A stretch of DNA of 64,000 nucleotides from Lama glama (taxonomy: Eukaryota). Below the pieces are notes generated by a model that was not told the origin of the DNA, made no database searches, and saw nothing but the letters and a program-made list of their open reading frames with translations. The first letter of the stretch is position 1. Each line of letters opens with the position of its first letter. The translations under genes were made by a program, and so were the position numbers. Shown here piece after piece: positions 12,241 to 23,515 of this stretch. The stretch is taken from NCBI GenBank assembly GCA_028534125.1, contig CM052817.1, positions 15,130,001 through 15,194,000 of the forward strand, in the 5' to 3' direction.

Positions 12241-12369
12241 TTATTTCTGCTAAAAAAGAAATCTTTAGTCTTTTAAAAAACAAAAAATCATTATTAGATT
12301 TAGAAAATACTTGCTGTTGTCAATTCCTTTTAGAGTTTTGATTGTTAAATATCATTTATGTTGATGGAT

Positions 12370-12452
12370 TGAGAGAGGTAAGGGGAGAGGAAACAGAGAG
12401 AAAGAGAGACAAAGAGAGAGACAAGAGAGTGAGAGAAAGAGAGAGAAGAGAA
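12370..12452. repeat. GA-rich low-complexity tract
   Basis: Direct read. Confidence 0.85.
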
Positions 12453-13741
12453 AATAGCTTACATGTGATTATCCAAAGCTGAAAAGCCAAGCATAAGTCA
12501 GACAGCAGCGATGAATGCAATGCCCAGTTTTGAAGAGAAGCTTAAAACATAAGTCAATGTCTGGACACATTTGTTAAATTGTCTTCAGCATTTCCATGTA
12601 GATCCTATTATTTCTGCAAATTCCTTCATAGTATTGCACTTTTTGTCATGATGAACACAACCTCTCTTATCTCAGAAGTGGGGTTTTCCAGCTGTTGGAT
12701 GGAGGAAGCTCTATTCTTAGAAGTTTCATATGGGAGCAGTGATAAGAGAGACAACACGGCTGTATTTTAACTAGCTGCCTGGATGAAACGTTTCCATTGT
12801 CAGGTGATGTAACACCAATTGTTACTGTTAATCAAAGAAAATCTAATAGCTTAATGAAATCATTGGTATTAGATGCTCCTGGTCCTCCAGCAATTTGCTG
12901 ACCACAAATAGGATTTTGATTTCACGTATTAGAGTAATTATCCTGTAGGCCTCAGCAAATGTATTTATCATTTCTTTTTTTGTTTTGTGTTGTATTAAAC
13001 GGATCCTCAGTTTCTATTTCATGTGCTGTATATAGCCACTATGTAGGTGAGGGAAACCCCATGTTTTAAGCTGTCCACTGACGTAAACCTTTGGCAAAAC
13101 TCTACGGTCATATTGTTTCTTCCATTCTTCTGTCTTGAGGGGACAACAGATATATTTGTTTCCTGATAGTCAGCTATTCCTGGGAATTCTTGAGCAAGTC
13201 ACCTTCCATTTCAAATGTTAATTGTATAAAATTTTGATTATTGTCTGATCACTGTATGAGTTCTTTTGTTTTTCAGCATCTCATAAACCACTCCTAGGAT
13301 AGTTCTTATAACCTTAAAATGTAAACTGCTTACAAATGAGCCAGAAACCATTCATTAGTCAAACTATAGGAGGTTTTCAATTTTTGCAGTAGGAATTAAA
13401 GGCCTTAAGATGTAATCTTAATTTAACATAATTTTAAATAATAATTCTAATAACACTATATACATTTTTTAATTCCAGGAAATGGCAGGCAGCTGACTAA
13501 CTTCATAGCTATTTCTTGAACTACACAATTTAGCCTTTGTTAAAAGGCTATCATGTATTGGTCTCTAAGTTAATTAATGATGCATTTTTGAGTGTCAACT
13601 ATATGGAAAGGAACTTGCTTTCTTCATTTGTTCTTATTACCTTTCTAGTAAGAGTGCAAGTTTTTTTGTTAATCAGGAAGATATCATTTATTTTTATTTC
13701 CCTCCTTCTAAAAACTACATGCTTATTAAATACCTGATAGT

Positions 13742-14272
13742 TGTATTAGTTATTTATTGCTGTGTGACAGCAGACCTCAAAATTAAGTAAATTAAAAAAG
13801 CTATGATTGTTTATTATGTCTGCAGGTCAGGAATTCAGGAATGGTGTGGCTAGTGGTCCTGACTCAGATTTCTCACAAGGTTGCAGTCCAAAGTATGATG
13901 GGTCCCAGTCTTCTGCAGGTTTGACTGGGACCAAAGAATTGGCTTTCAAAGTGGCATACTCTGTGACTGACATGTTGGCACTGGCTGTTGGTGGTAAATC
14001 TCAGTTCATATTTTTTCCTCTCCATGTGAGGCACTCACAGGGATGTTTAAGTATCTTTGTGGCTTGATGACTATCTTTCCCCAGAGGGAGAGATCCAGGA
14101 GACTAAGTTGGAAGCTTTAATGCTTTTTTATGACCTAACCTTAGAAATTACACACTATCATTTCTGCTATTGGTCATAGCCTGTTCTCATCCATTGTTGG
14201 AAAAGGCTATTTAATGGTACAAGTACCAGGAAGTAAGGCTCATTAGGTGCCCCTTGAAGGCTAGCTACCACA
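13742..14272 (-). mobile_element. MaLR solo LTR (MLT1F/G-like)
   Basis: Begins 'tgtattagttatttattgctg', ends 'ggctagctaccaca'; TG...CA termini. Confidence 0.85.
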
Positions 14273-14392
14273 CTGATTGCCTTAGTTGTCTCAAGGACTC
14301 AAATGTCAGATGTCAATATTTGTACTTGTTAACTCTTACTGAACATCCATTATCATAAAACATTGATTCAGATGAAGACATCAGAAACATTA

Positions 14393-14558
14393 GTATTTTT
14401 ATTGAGGTATAATTTATGTATAATACTGTGTAAGTTTAAGATGTACAAAGCATTGATTCAATACATTATATTGTGATGTTTACCACCATAGTGTTAGGTA
14501 ACACTTCTATCACATTATGTAATTAACATTTCTTTTTTTGTGATGAGAAAAATTTTAA
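14393..14558 (-). mobile_element. L1 3' tail (L1MA9-like)
   Basis: 'ttttattgaggtataattt...tgtaagtttaagatgtaca...ttaccaccatag'. Confidence 0.8.
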
Positions 14559-14569
14559 GGCTTTACAAC

Positions 14570-14980
14570 AGTCAGTCACTTAGTTTGCTATCTTTAAAAG
14601 AAGATTCAACCTATATTGGCTCAAACAAAGTGGAATTTCTGGCTTACATAAAGGGAAAGACTAGGAATATGGTGGACTTAATCTAGGTACTCAACAATGC
14701 CATCAAGGACTTACTTTTTCTTTTTTTTGTCCCCTTGTTGTGCCCTTATCCTAATATTGACTACTTACATAGTGGCAGAATGGCTGCCAAATTCTCCTAG
14801 GAGTTTCATTTATATATACAGTCATTAGCTGAACAATAGTTTTCTGATTGGACCATCACTATGGCAAAGGGGAAGGGATTATTTTCAATGCATCCATCTT
14901 TTAAGGCCCACCCCAAGAATAAAGCTGCATGCTGAGAAAAGAATGAAAACCATGTAGGGAGGAACCATGATGTCTGCTAC
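14570..14980 (-). mobile_element. Old MaLR LTR (MLT1J/K-like)
   Basis: 'tattggctcaaacaaag...gtggcagaatggctgcc...tgtctgctaca'. Confidence 0.6.
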
Positions 14981-15369
14981 AGGGACAAATAGTCATGTTT
15001 ATTATAATTAGTAACTCTGACTTGATCTAACCAGATGCATGCACTCAACAAAAATGGGAATAACTTATATTACTCTTCTCATCTTTCTAAAAAAAAAAGG
15101 CAAGATTTTCAAATCCTAGATATCTCTTCTAAATACCTCCTGAAGAGTATATTTTTCTGTTGAATCACTTTATAAAATGTAGAGATAATTTTACATTTGC
15201 AATGTTAATACCTCACTTTCAAAGGAAGTCATTACTTAAATAAGTTTTCAATTGATTGAGGTTTACATATTTGGGCAGAGATGATTTTGGTCACTTGACA
15301 ATAAACAAGAAAATTAAGTCTGCAAATAGATTCAATATTTTTCCATCTAATAATTAGTTAATTCACTTG

Positions 15370-15505
15370 TCTTTCTCCTTTAACAGACTGTAAGCTCCCT
15401 GAAGTTCTGTACTGTGCTTTTCCTTTCTTTTTCCCCAGGATCTGCTGTGTGCCTAAAACACAGGAGAAAATCAGCAAATAATTGCAAAGTAGACGGATGA
15501 AATAA
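15370..15505 (+). mobile_element. L2 3' end
   Basis: 'agactgtaagctccctgaag...gtgcctaaaacacaggag...caaata'. Confidence 0.7.
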
Positions 15506-15714
15506 GTTATTATCACTAATACTATTATAGTACCTAATCCAGTGTGTGATACCTATAGTCAATAAACAGTCTCTGTCTCCTTAGAGGGTTCCATACACAC
15601 CACATTAAAGACTAGCAATCACAATTGCAACCCATCACTTCCCAGTTTTTTCATTTCCCGAGACATAAGGAATCTCTGTAAACAGCTTGAAGATTTCTCT
15701 AATTCTAAATCTGA

Positions 15715-15935
15715 ATCGTCAGAATAAAGCAGACCTGAGTTCAAATCTGTACTTTGCTACTTAGAAGCTGCATGACCTTTGACAAAACTGATAAACTCTC
15801 TAACTTGCAGTTTTCTCTATCACAGAATAATTGTGGTCCCTACCTCATGGGCATGTCAAAGGGTTATTGGGAAAATGCACAGAACTCTCCGAGAACACTT
15901 CCTCACACATGGTAAACTTCGTATGTACCAGTTAT
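15715..15935 (+). mobile_element. MIR SINE
   Basis: 'agacctgagttcaaatctgtactttgctactt...gctgcatgacctttgaca...cctacctcatggg'. Confidence 0.85.
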
Positions 15936-16094
15936 CAGTATTCTTCACCCATGGGGGTCTTGCCACCATTTCACATGGCAAACATGCAGATTTCATAATC
16001 AAGGTTCAACATTATTTGAAACTGATTTGTGTTGTGAAATTTCTTGGCATTATCAAGTTTTCACTAGTGGGGGTTTGGGCACTATAGAACAGAT

Positions 16095-16815
16095 GAGTGG
16101 TGTTTAATATAGAATATTAGTAGAGAACAAGGATTTTGAATTCAAATAGTTCTGGTTTGGTTTTTATTGCTGCCACTTCCTAGCTGTGTGAACTTTAGCA
16201 ACTTAATTTATCTCTTATGTCAGTTATCTATTGCTGCATAACAAGTCATCACAAACTCAGTGGCTTAAAAAAACATACATTTATTATTTCACAGTTTCTG
16301 TGGATCAGGGATCTGGGTACCTTTTAAGTGTGTTCTCTGCTTAGTACCACACAAGATTTCAGATAAGGTTAAAATCAGGATTAGGTTCTCATGACAGCCT
16401 TGACTGGGAAAGGGTCTATGTCCAAATTCCTTCAGTTGTTGGCAGTGTTTCCTTGTGACTGTAGGATTCATGGCAACTTGCTTCTTCAAAGCCATCCACA
16501 GAGTGACTATGTTAGTAAGATGGAATATTATATAATGTACTGTAATCGTGGGAGTGATTCATCACCTTTGACATATTCTATGGGTTAAAAGCAAGTCACA
16601 GATCTCACCCACACTGAATAGGAGGTAATTGTACAGGCGTGGACCCCAGGAAGTAGGGAACATGAGGGCTACCTAAAAGTCTGCCCCTCATGGTTTCTAA
16701 AGTTTCATTTCTTCTTCTGTGTAGTGGGTATAATAATGCCAACCATGTGCAATAATCCATATAAAGTGCTTAACGTTCTGCTTGGCACTTGATGGCAGAT
16801 CATATAGCCATCTAT
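16095..16815 (+). mobile_element. MIR SINE split by MLT1 LTR
   Basis: 'tgccacttcctagctgtgtgaacttt' before 16217; 'aagtttcatttcttc...ataataatgcc' after 16690. Confidence 0.75.
16218..16690 (-). mobile_element. MaLR solo LTR (MLT1D/E-like)
   Basis: 'tgtcagttatctattgctgcataacaa...cagtggcttaaaa...catttattatttcacagtttctgtgg...aagcaagtcacag'. Confidence 0.88.
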
Positions 16816-19800
16816 TAGTTGCTCATTTGCTGAAGGTAAAAATGAATAATTAGCCAGAGTGAGCTATTGAAAAATCAAAGCTACTTGAATATAATTTATC
16901 TTCATTCCCCTTATTGCAAGCTCTTAGGTTTATGGTATTCCTCTTCCCATCCTGTAACACTTCTCAGCACTGTTGATAGTTTTGAAGTCATGAACCCCTT
17001 TCTTTACACTTCAGCGGGACAAGCTTCAGTTTTATTTCTGGAGTCAGGTTTTCTGTGCTAAAAAATATTCTGATAAATTAATATATGAAAATAGGCAAAG
17101 ACTAGAGAAAATTCTTCTACCTTTTGTCCCTTCCTTCGCCTCTTCTCCCACAAATTGAAAACATATTTTAATCAGTGCCTTATAATGAAAAAGCATTTTC
17201 CAGACAGAAGTGAACAATTCACAAAGACCTCTAGCCCACTATGCAGATGAGGAAACCGAGGCTGAGCAGTCCTCTCTCTTAACTCCGAATCCCGAGCTTA
17301 TGCAACTATACTGCTCTAAAACACATTTGGACGTCCTCAAATATGTGTGCCAAACTGAATTTTAACTCATGTCTATTGAAGGATATGTCCCTACATTTAC
17401 TGCAACTTTGAAAGAAATTAGTCTAATGGGAATTTTGGACCAAGGGGAAAAACCACCAGGAGGCTTCATAATACACAGGTCATGGATTCTTTAGAGACAA
17501 GCTTTTTTGGCAAATCTAAATCACACTGAGTAGGCAGAATCATTACATTGATTCTTAAACCCTTACTAGGGCTTATAATTCATTCATAAGCATGAATAAT
17601 CTACATTGACATTTCTTTACTTAAAAAACATATTAAAAATATAATAGAGTACTAGATAAGACCATTACATCATAATCAACCACAAACAACCATAAAATTG
17701 GACAAAATATATGGATTTGAGGCTGTAAGCAACAGGCAGAACAATGATCCTTAAAAAAAGAAATTTGTAAGGGAGCCCCGTGATTTCTCTGGTTCTCTGC
17801 CTGTGACAGTTCCCCAACTGTGGTACAGGAGCTAGAATCCAAGAAAATAAAATAATTCTTGCTGAGCTGAACCATTTTATTGATATAATAAAAGTAATTA
17901 GAAATGCAAAGAAACAGGAAAATACAACTGAGATTTAAGTAAAAGAAAACAAACGAATATTAGAAACTGAAGTCCATTGTGCCCTGATATTAGTGCTAGC
18001 AGACAAATACTGTAAAACAACTAGTAAATATGTTAAAAGAATTAAAATAAAATACATTCAAATAACTAATAGTAAATATGGTCTAAATAATAAGTAGATA
18101 GGACATTTCAGCAGAGAATGGAAACTATGAAAAAAACAAAATTAAAATTCCATGCTGGAAAAATATAACTGAGGTGAAAAATTAACTGGACAGTCTCAAT
18201 AGAAAATTGGATATGGCAGAATACAGAGTCAATAAATTTAAAGACAGATAAATAGAAATTGTACTATTGGAAACACGATTAAAAAACTGAAGAAAATTAG
18301 AAGAAGTACACGGACCTGATGGTATCACTTACATGTAAAAGGAGTCCCAGAAGAAGACAGTGAGAATAGTATAGACAAAAATACTTAAATAGTGCTTTAA
18401 AGTATCCTCAATATGATGAAAAACTTCAACTTACAGACCACAGTTTCAGATCTGCAATGTGGATTAATACACACAAAAAAGAAAAGACACAGAGGTACAT
18501 TAGATCTGCTAAAATCCAAAGGTAAAGAAAAAATATTGAAATCAGCTGCAAAGCAAAGACATTACATTCAGGGGAACAGTTATACAAACAATTGCTACCT
18601 TTTTCAAAGAAACAATGGATTCCAGAAGACCATGGATATCACACTAAAAATGTTAAAAACAAAAAGAAAAACTCTCAATATAGAATTAAATTCACAAAAA
18701 TACACTTCAAAAATGAGGATGAAATAAAGACATTATTGAATAAATAAATTCGAGATCATGCATCTCCAGAAGACTGGCACTATAACAAATGTTAAAGGAT
18801 ATTTTTCAAGATGAAGAAAAATGGTACCAGATGGAAAGCTGGATCCACAGGTAGGAAAGAAAGAACCAGGAATGGAAACACTTTTATTTTCTTTCTCATA
18901 AGTTCCTTAAAAAACTAAAAGCTATTTAATGTAAAAATAATACTATTAAAAACAGGGTTAAATATATGTAGAAAAGAAATAAAGAAATAATGCTTTAAAA
19001 TATGTCCTATGGTACAAGGAAAGGCAAATGGTTATTACATTTGTGAAGTGGAAATGATAAGTGTGAATTATCAGGTGTAAAGTGTGAGGTAATATCATAT
19101 TGGCTCTAAATAGACTTTGATAAGTTAAGGAAGGCTATTGTAAATTCTAGAGCTTTAATTAAAAATAAATGTGGCTAATCAACCAGTAGAGGACATTAAA
19201 TAGAATAATAGAATATATCCAATTAATCCGAAAGAAAGTGTGCAAGAGGAAAACAGAAACAAAGAACAAGTAAGACAAATAGAAAAAAATAATAGCAAGT
19301 ATATAGACTTAGACTCAAACATATCTGTTACTACATTAAATACAAAGTGTTTAAGCATTCTGATTAAAAGCGAACATTTTCAGAAAAAATAAAAAATGAG
19401 ACTGCTATATTTTGTCTTTATGAAATGTACTTTAGATATAAAGATATTTGCAGGTTAAAAATGATAAGATAGAAAAACTATACTATGGATATACTAACCA
19501 AAAACCCTCTATTGGATTATTCATATCAGACAATATAGACTTAAGGACAAGAAATATTATTAGAGATAAAGAGGGCCATTTTATAATGCAAAAGGGGTAA
19601 TAATCCAATAAATTCAATAACATAGATGAAATGGACACATACTGTGAAAAATATGTTTTATCTAAACTGACAAAAGATGAAGTAGAAAAATTTGAATAGC
19701 ACTATATCTAAATACATAGTGAAAATATATTTCCGAGGAAAATTTTAGTTCTGTATGATTTCACTGGTAAAAGCTATGAAATATTTGTGGAATAAATATC

Positions 19801-20724
19801 ATTTTTACAAAAAAAATTTCACAAGATAGAGGTAGGTAGAATGCTTTTTAACAAATTTTATGAGGTAAGAATAATCCTGATACCCAAACCTGACAAATAT
19901 GTTATTAAAAAGAAGAGTATACATCAATATCACTTATGAACATAGGCACATCCTCAAGAAGTTATTATCACATTGAAAACAGCAATGTATTAAAATAGGT
20001 TAACACATTATGGTAAAGTCATGTTTATTTCAGGAATGCAAGGTTGGTTTAAACATTAAAAAGAAAATCAATCAATGTCATTTCCCAGATTAAGAGAAAA
20101 ATCATAATCCTGTCTACAGATGTAGAAATAGCAGCTGACAAAATTCAACACCTATTCATATTAAAATCACTCAGCCAACTGAAAATAGAAGAGAATTTCC
20201 TGAATTTCATAATGAACATTTATGAAATTAAAACTGATATAATGCTTAATGGTAAAAAGAGAGTAACATTCTCCCTAAAAATGAGAACAAGACAATAATG
20301 TCTGTTCTACTGAAGTCTATCCAGTATAATACTGGAGGTCCTTGCAAGTATAACAAGCGAAAACAAAACAAAACAAAACAGGAGTGTAAATGTAACTGAA
20401 CAGATTGGAAGGGAAGATTTAAAATTGTATTTATTTATAGATTACATGAAAAAAATGTACTAGGGAATTTTAGATAACCTATAAAAAGTCTTCTGCAATT
20501 GATAAGGGAATTAAGCAAAGTTTAAGACAAAATATTTATAACAAAACCAATCACATGTCTATTATATCTGAAAAATAAAATAACAATAAAACAACAATAA
20601 CAATAGCATCAAAATACCTAGAAATGAATGTAACAAACAGCATGGAAGACTAGTACACTGAGATTGACAGAGAAATTACAGAACAGAGAGGATTACCGTG
20701 TTCATGGGTTGGAAGATTATTTTT

Positions 20725-21326
20725 AATTTTTTTAATTTTTATTTATTTTTTTAACATTTTTTNNNNNNNNNNNNNNNNNNNNNNNNNNNNNNNNNNNNNN
20801 NNNNNNNNNNNNNNNNNNNNNNNNNNNNNNNNNNNNNNNNNNNNNNNNNNNNNNNNNNNNNNNNNNNNNNNNNNNNNNNNNNNNNNNNNNNNNNNNNNNN
20901 NNNNNNNNNNNNNNNNNNNNNNNNNNNNNNNNNNNNNNNNNNNNNNNNNNNNNNNNNNNNNNNNNNNNNNNNNNNNNNNNNNNNNNNNNNNNNNNNNNNN
21001 NNNNNNNNNNNNNNNNNNNNNNNNNNNNNNNNNNNNNNNNNNNNNNNNNNNNNNNNNNNNNNNNNNNNNNNNNNNNNNNNNNNNNNNNNNNNNNNNNNNN
21101 NNNNNNNNNNNNNNNNNNNNNNNNNNNNNNNNNNNNNNNNNNNNNNNNNNNNNNNNNNNNNNNNNNNNNNNNNNNNNNNNNNNNNNNNNNNNNNNNNNNN
21201 NNNNNNNNNNNNNNNNNNNNNNNNNNNNNNNNNNNNNNNNNNNNNNNNNNNNNNNNNNNNNNTTGCATTTCTCTGATAATTAGTGATATTGAGCATTTTT
21301 TCATGTGCTTTTTGATCGTTTGTATG
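20725..21326 (-). mobile_element. Young camelid-type L1 3' fragment spanning the assembly gap
   Basis: T-rich tail before the gap and L1 ORF2-end sequence after it; identical TSD ggaagattattttt at 20711-20724 and 21327-21340. Confidence 0.85.
20763..21262. other. Assembly gap (500 N)
   Basis: Run of N. Confidence 1.
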
Positions 21327-21708
21327 GGAAGATTATTTTTTAAAATGTAGCTTCTTCTTGAATTAAGTTTAATGTAATCCAAATTCAAATCCCAGAGAAT
21401 CTTTTTTTCTGTAGATTTTATTAGGTTTAGTCTACATTTTTATCAAGAGGATAAAGTATAATACTTCTAGGAGGTAGCAACTGTTTCTCAGTTTCATTAA
21501 AAAATGTTTTGCTAACCATAAAATGTGCTAAATAAGGCTCAGTCTATAGTAAAACCTTTTCTTTGAAAAGTAGATTAAGAATAAAATCAAGCCACAGACT
21601 GGGGGGAAATAATCACTGTATATGATACTGACAAAAGACTTTTATCAAGAATATCTAAAAAATTTGACAACTCAATAATAAGAAGCTAACAAATCAATTA
21701 AAAATGGA

Positions 21709-21927
21709 GTTTAAAATTTGTAGATACTGACAGGCATATGTAGAATAGATAAACAAGATTATACTGTATAGCACAGGGAAATACATACAAGAACTTGTGG
21801 TAGCTCACAGCAAAAAAAAATGTGACAATGAATATATGCATGTTAATGTATAACTGAAAAATTGTGCTGTACACTGGAATTTGACACAACATTGTAAAAT
21901 GACTATAAATTAATTTAAAAATGTTTA
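21709..21927 (+). mobile_element. Young camelid-type L1 3' tail
   Basis: 'cttgtggtagctcacagcaaaaaaaaatgtgacaatgaatatat...actggaatttgacacaacattgtaaaatgactata'; flanked by aaaaatgga (21700-21708 and 21928-21936). Confidence 0.9.
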
Positions 21928-22409
21928 AAAAATGGATAAAATATTTGAATGAACACTTCACAAACAAAGGCTTACAAATAGCCAATAAGTTTGTAAAGAG
22001 TTGCTGGACACTATTGGGCATCAGAAAATGCAATTTAAACCATTGTGAGATAACATTTCACATCCATTAGAAAGGCTAACATTTTAAAAAGACCAAGAAT
22101 ACCAAGGGTTGGCAAGGATGTAAAGGAAATGGAATCATCACACCATGTTGATGAGATTGTAAAATAATACTGAAAACAGTTTTTCAGCATTTATAAAACA
22201 AAGCGTAAAGCTATCTTGTGACCACTTCCACTCACAGATATTTATTTAAGAGAATGGAAGGCATATACTCACAAAAAGAGAATTGTACACATATGTTCAC
22301 AGTAGTTTTATTCATGGTTGTCAAAATTGGAAACTAGTCTAAGTGTATAAGCAAGTTGTGGTATAACAATACAATGGAAAAACTACCCAGACATACACAG
22401 AACAAATCA

Positions 22410-22563
22410 AAGATACGACAGACTTCAGGAGAGATATACCACTGTTTCTGTCCTTTTCTATTGCTCACATGGCTGATCTTATAACATGTCAAAGAACTAC
22501 ACATAGAGCTATGAAGGTATGACTACCAGAAGGTTGGGGTTATTTTGGAGGCAGGCTGCTTCA
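22410..22563 (-). mobile_element. MaLR LTR fragment (MLT1-like)
   Basis: Resembles the 14160-14272 end of the MLT1 copy ('ttctattgctcaca...taccagaagg...ttggaggcaggctgc'). Confidence 0.55.
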
Positions 22564-23477
22564 TATATTTTCAAGAGGTGGCTATCTGGTAGCTATCTGG
22601 TGGTGAATTGGAATATAGAATGTTTGGAGTGGGATAGTCAAGTGGGGCTGGAAAGAAAAGCTGTGGTCAGATTATGATAGAAAATTTGACCTGTATGTGG
22701 CAGAAATAAAACTGGCATTGTCCAAAATAAATTATAACAGGAACTCAACTGCAGCAATGAGACTGCAAATGATGTTGGATAAAACTCTTTCAAAAAGACT
22801 TTGTTTTGGAAGCAAGACTAGGAAATACATGGTCCTCTTATGTCCAAAGGTATCCAATTGGCTCGGCTCATTGCTGTATGTCTGTTGATGTTGATAGATA
22901 ATTTGCAAATTGTGTTGTCAACACAACATTTAATCTGCTCTGAGCAGCTCATAAACAACACTTTGATTAATTCTTTCAGCCTGTGTCTTCTGGACAAGAT
23001 TTACAGAGCTCTGCTTATTTGGATGAAAAATAGAGAGAGACAAGCTGTCAGTAGAAGGGGAAGAGGCATGGAAAGATCTCCTTTTCTCCTTTTTGGTGCA
23101 ATTGGAGAAGTGTTTTTAAGTCAGGATTTTAAATGTTTGGTTCCACAAGGGGTAGATTTCTCAGTGGAACTCAGCAACTGGCACAAGGTCCAAGTGGAGT
23201 TAAGTCAGGACAGACTGGCGGTGGAGAACTGTAGAGGGGTGAGAGTCGGCCAAGCCTAAGGCAGGAGATGACTTTCTGAATTAGCCAGTTAGTTCCAGAA
23301 ACCTGTTGGACGATTACAACTCAGAGAGCTTGCCATGCACACTCTCTATGGAATGTGGAAATACTGTGTTAAATAGAATTCTGTTCAACAAACACATTTT
23401 ACAAAAGAACTCGAATTAAAAAGAAACTTTTATAATATGAAGTATAAAGAAAATGTACATTATTATTAAGAGATTCA

Positions 23478-23515
23478 GTGTGTGCATGTGTGTGTGTGAG
23501 AGAGAGAGAGAGAGA
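23478..23515. repeat. Compound (TG)n(AG)n microsatellite
   Basis: Direct read. Confidence 0.95.

Larger units (their letters stand above)
17650..22400 (+). mobile_element. Old L1 (L1M-type) with ORF1 and ORF2 remnants and internal deletions
   Basis: ORF1-like 'LLKSKGKEKILKSA' (ORF 18413-18727); endonuclease-like 'ISVTTLNTKCL' (~19321); RT-like 'FISGMQGWF' (~20025-20050); ORF2 end 'accaagggttggcaaggatgt'. Frames are disrupted. Confidence 0.9.

Noticed and set aside
18413..18727. 104-aa ORF with L1 ORF1 similarity as a functional CDS
   Set aside because: Short frameshifted remnant within a decayed L1; not an intact gene.
20732..21388. Longest ORFs in the track (218 and 181 aa)
   Set aside because: They run through the N gap, and the called residues are L1 ORF2-end sequence.
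22840..23259. 139-aa ORF in unique DNA
   Set aside because: No recognisable domain, unremarkable composition and no exon-like boundaries; compatible with chance.
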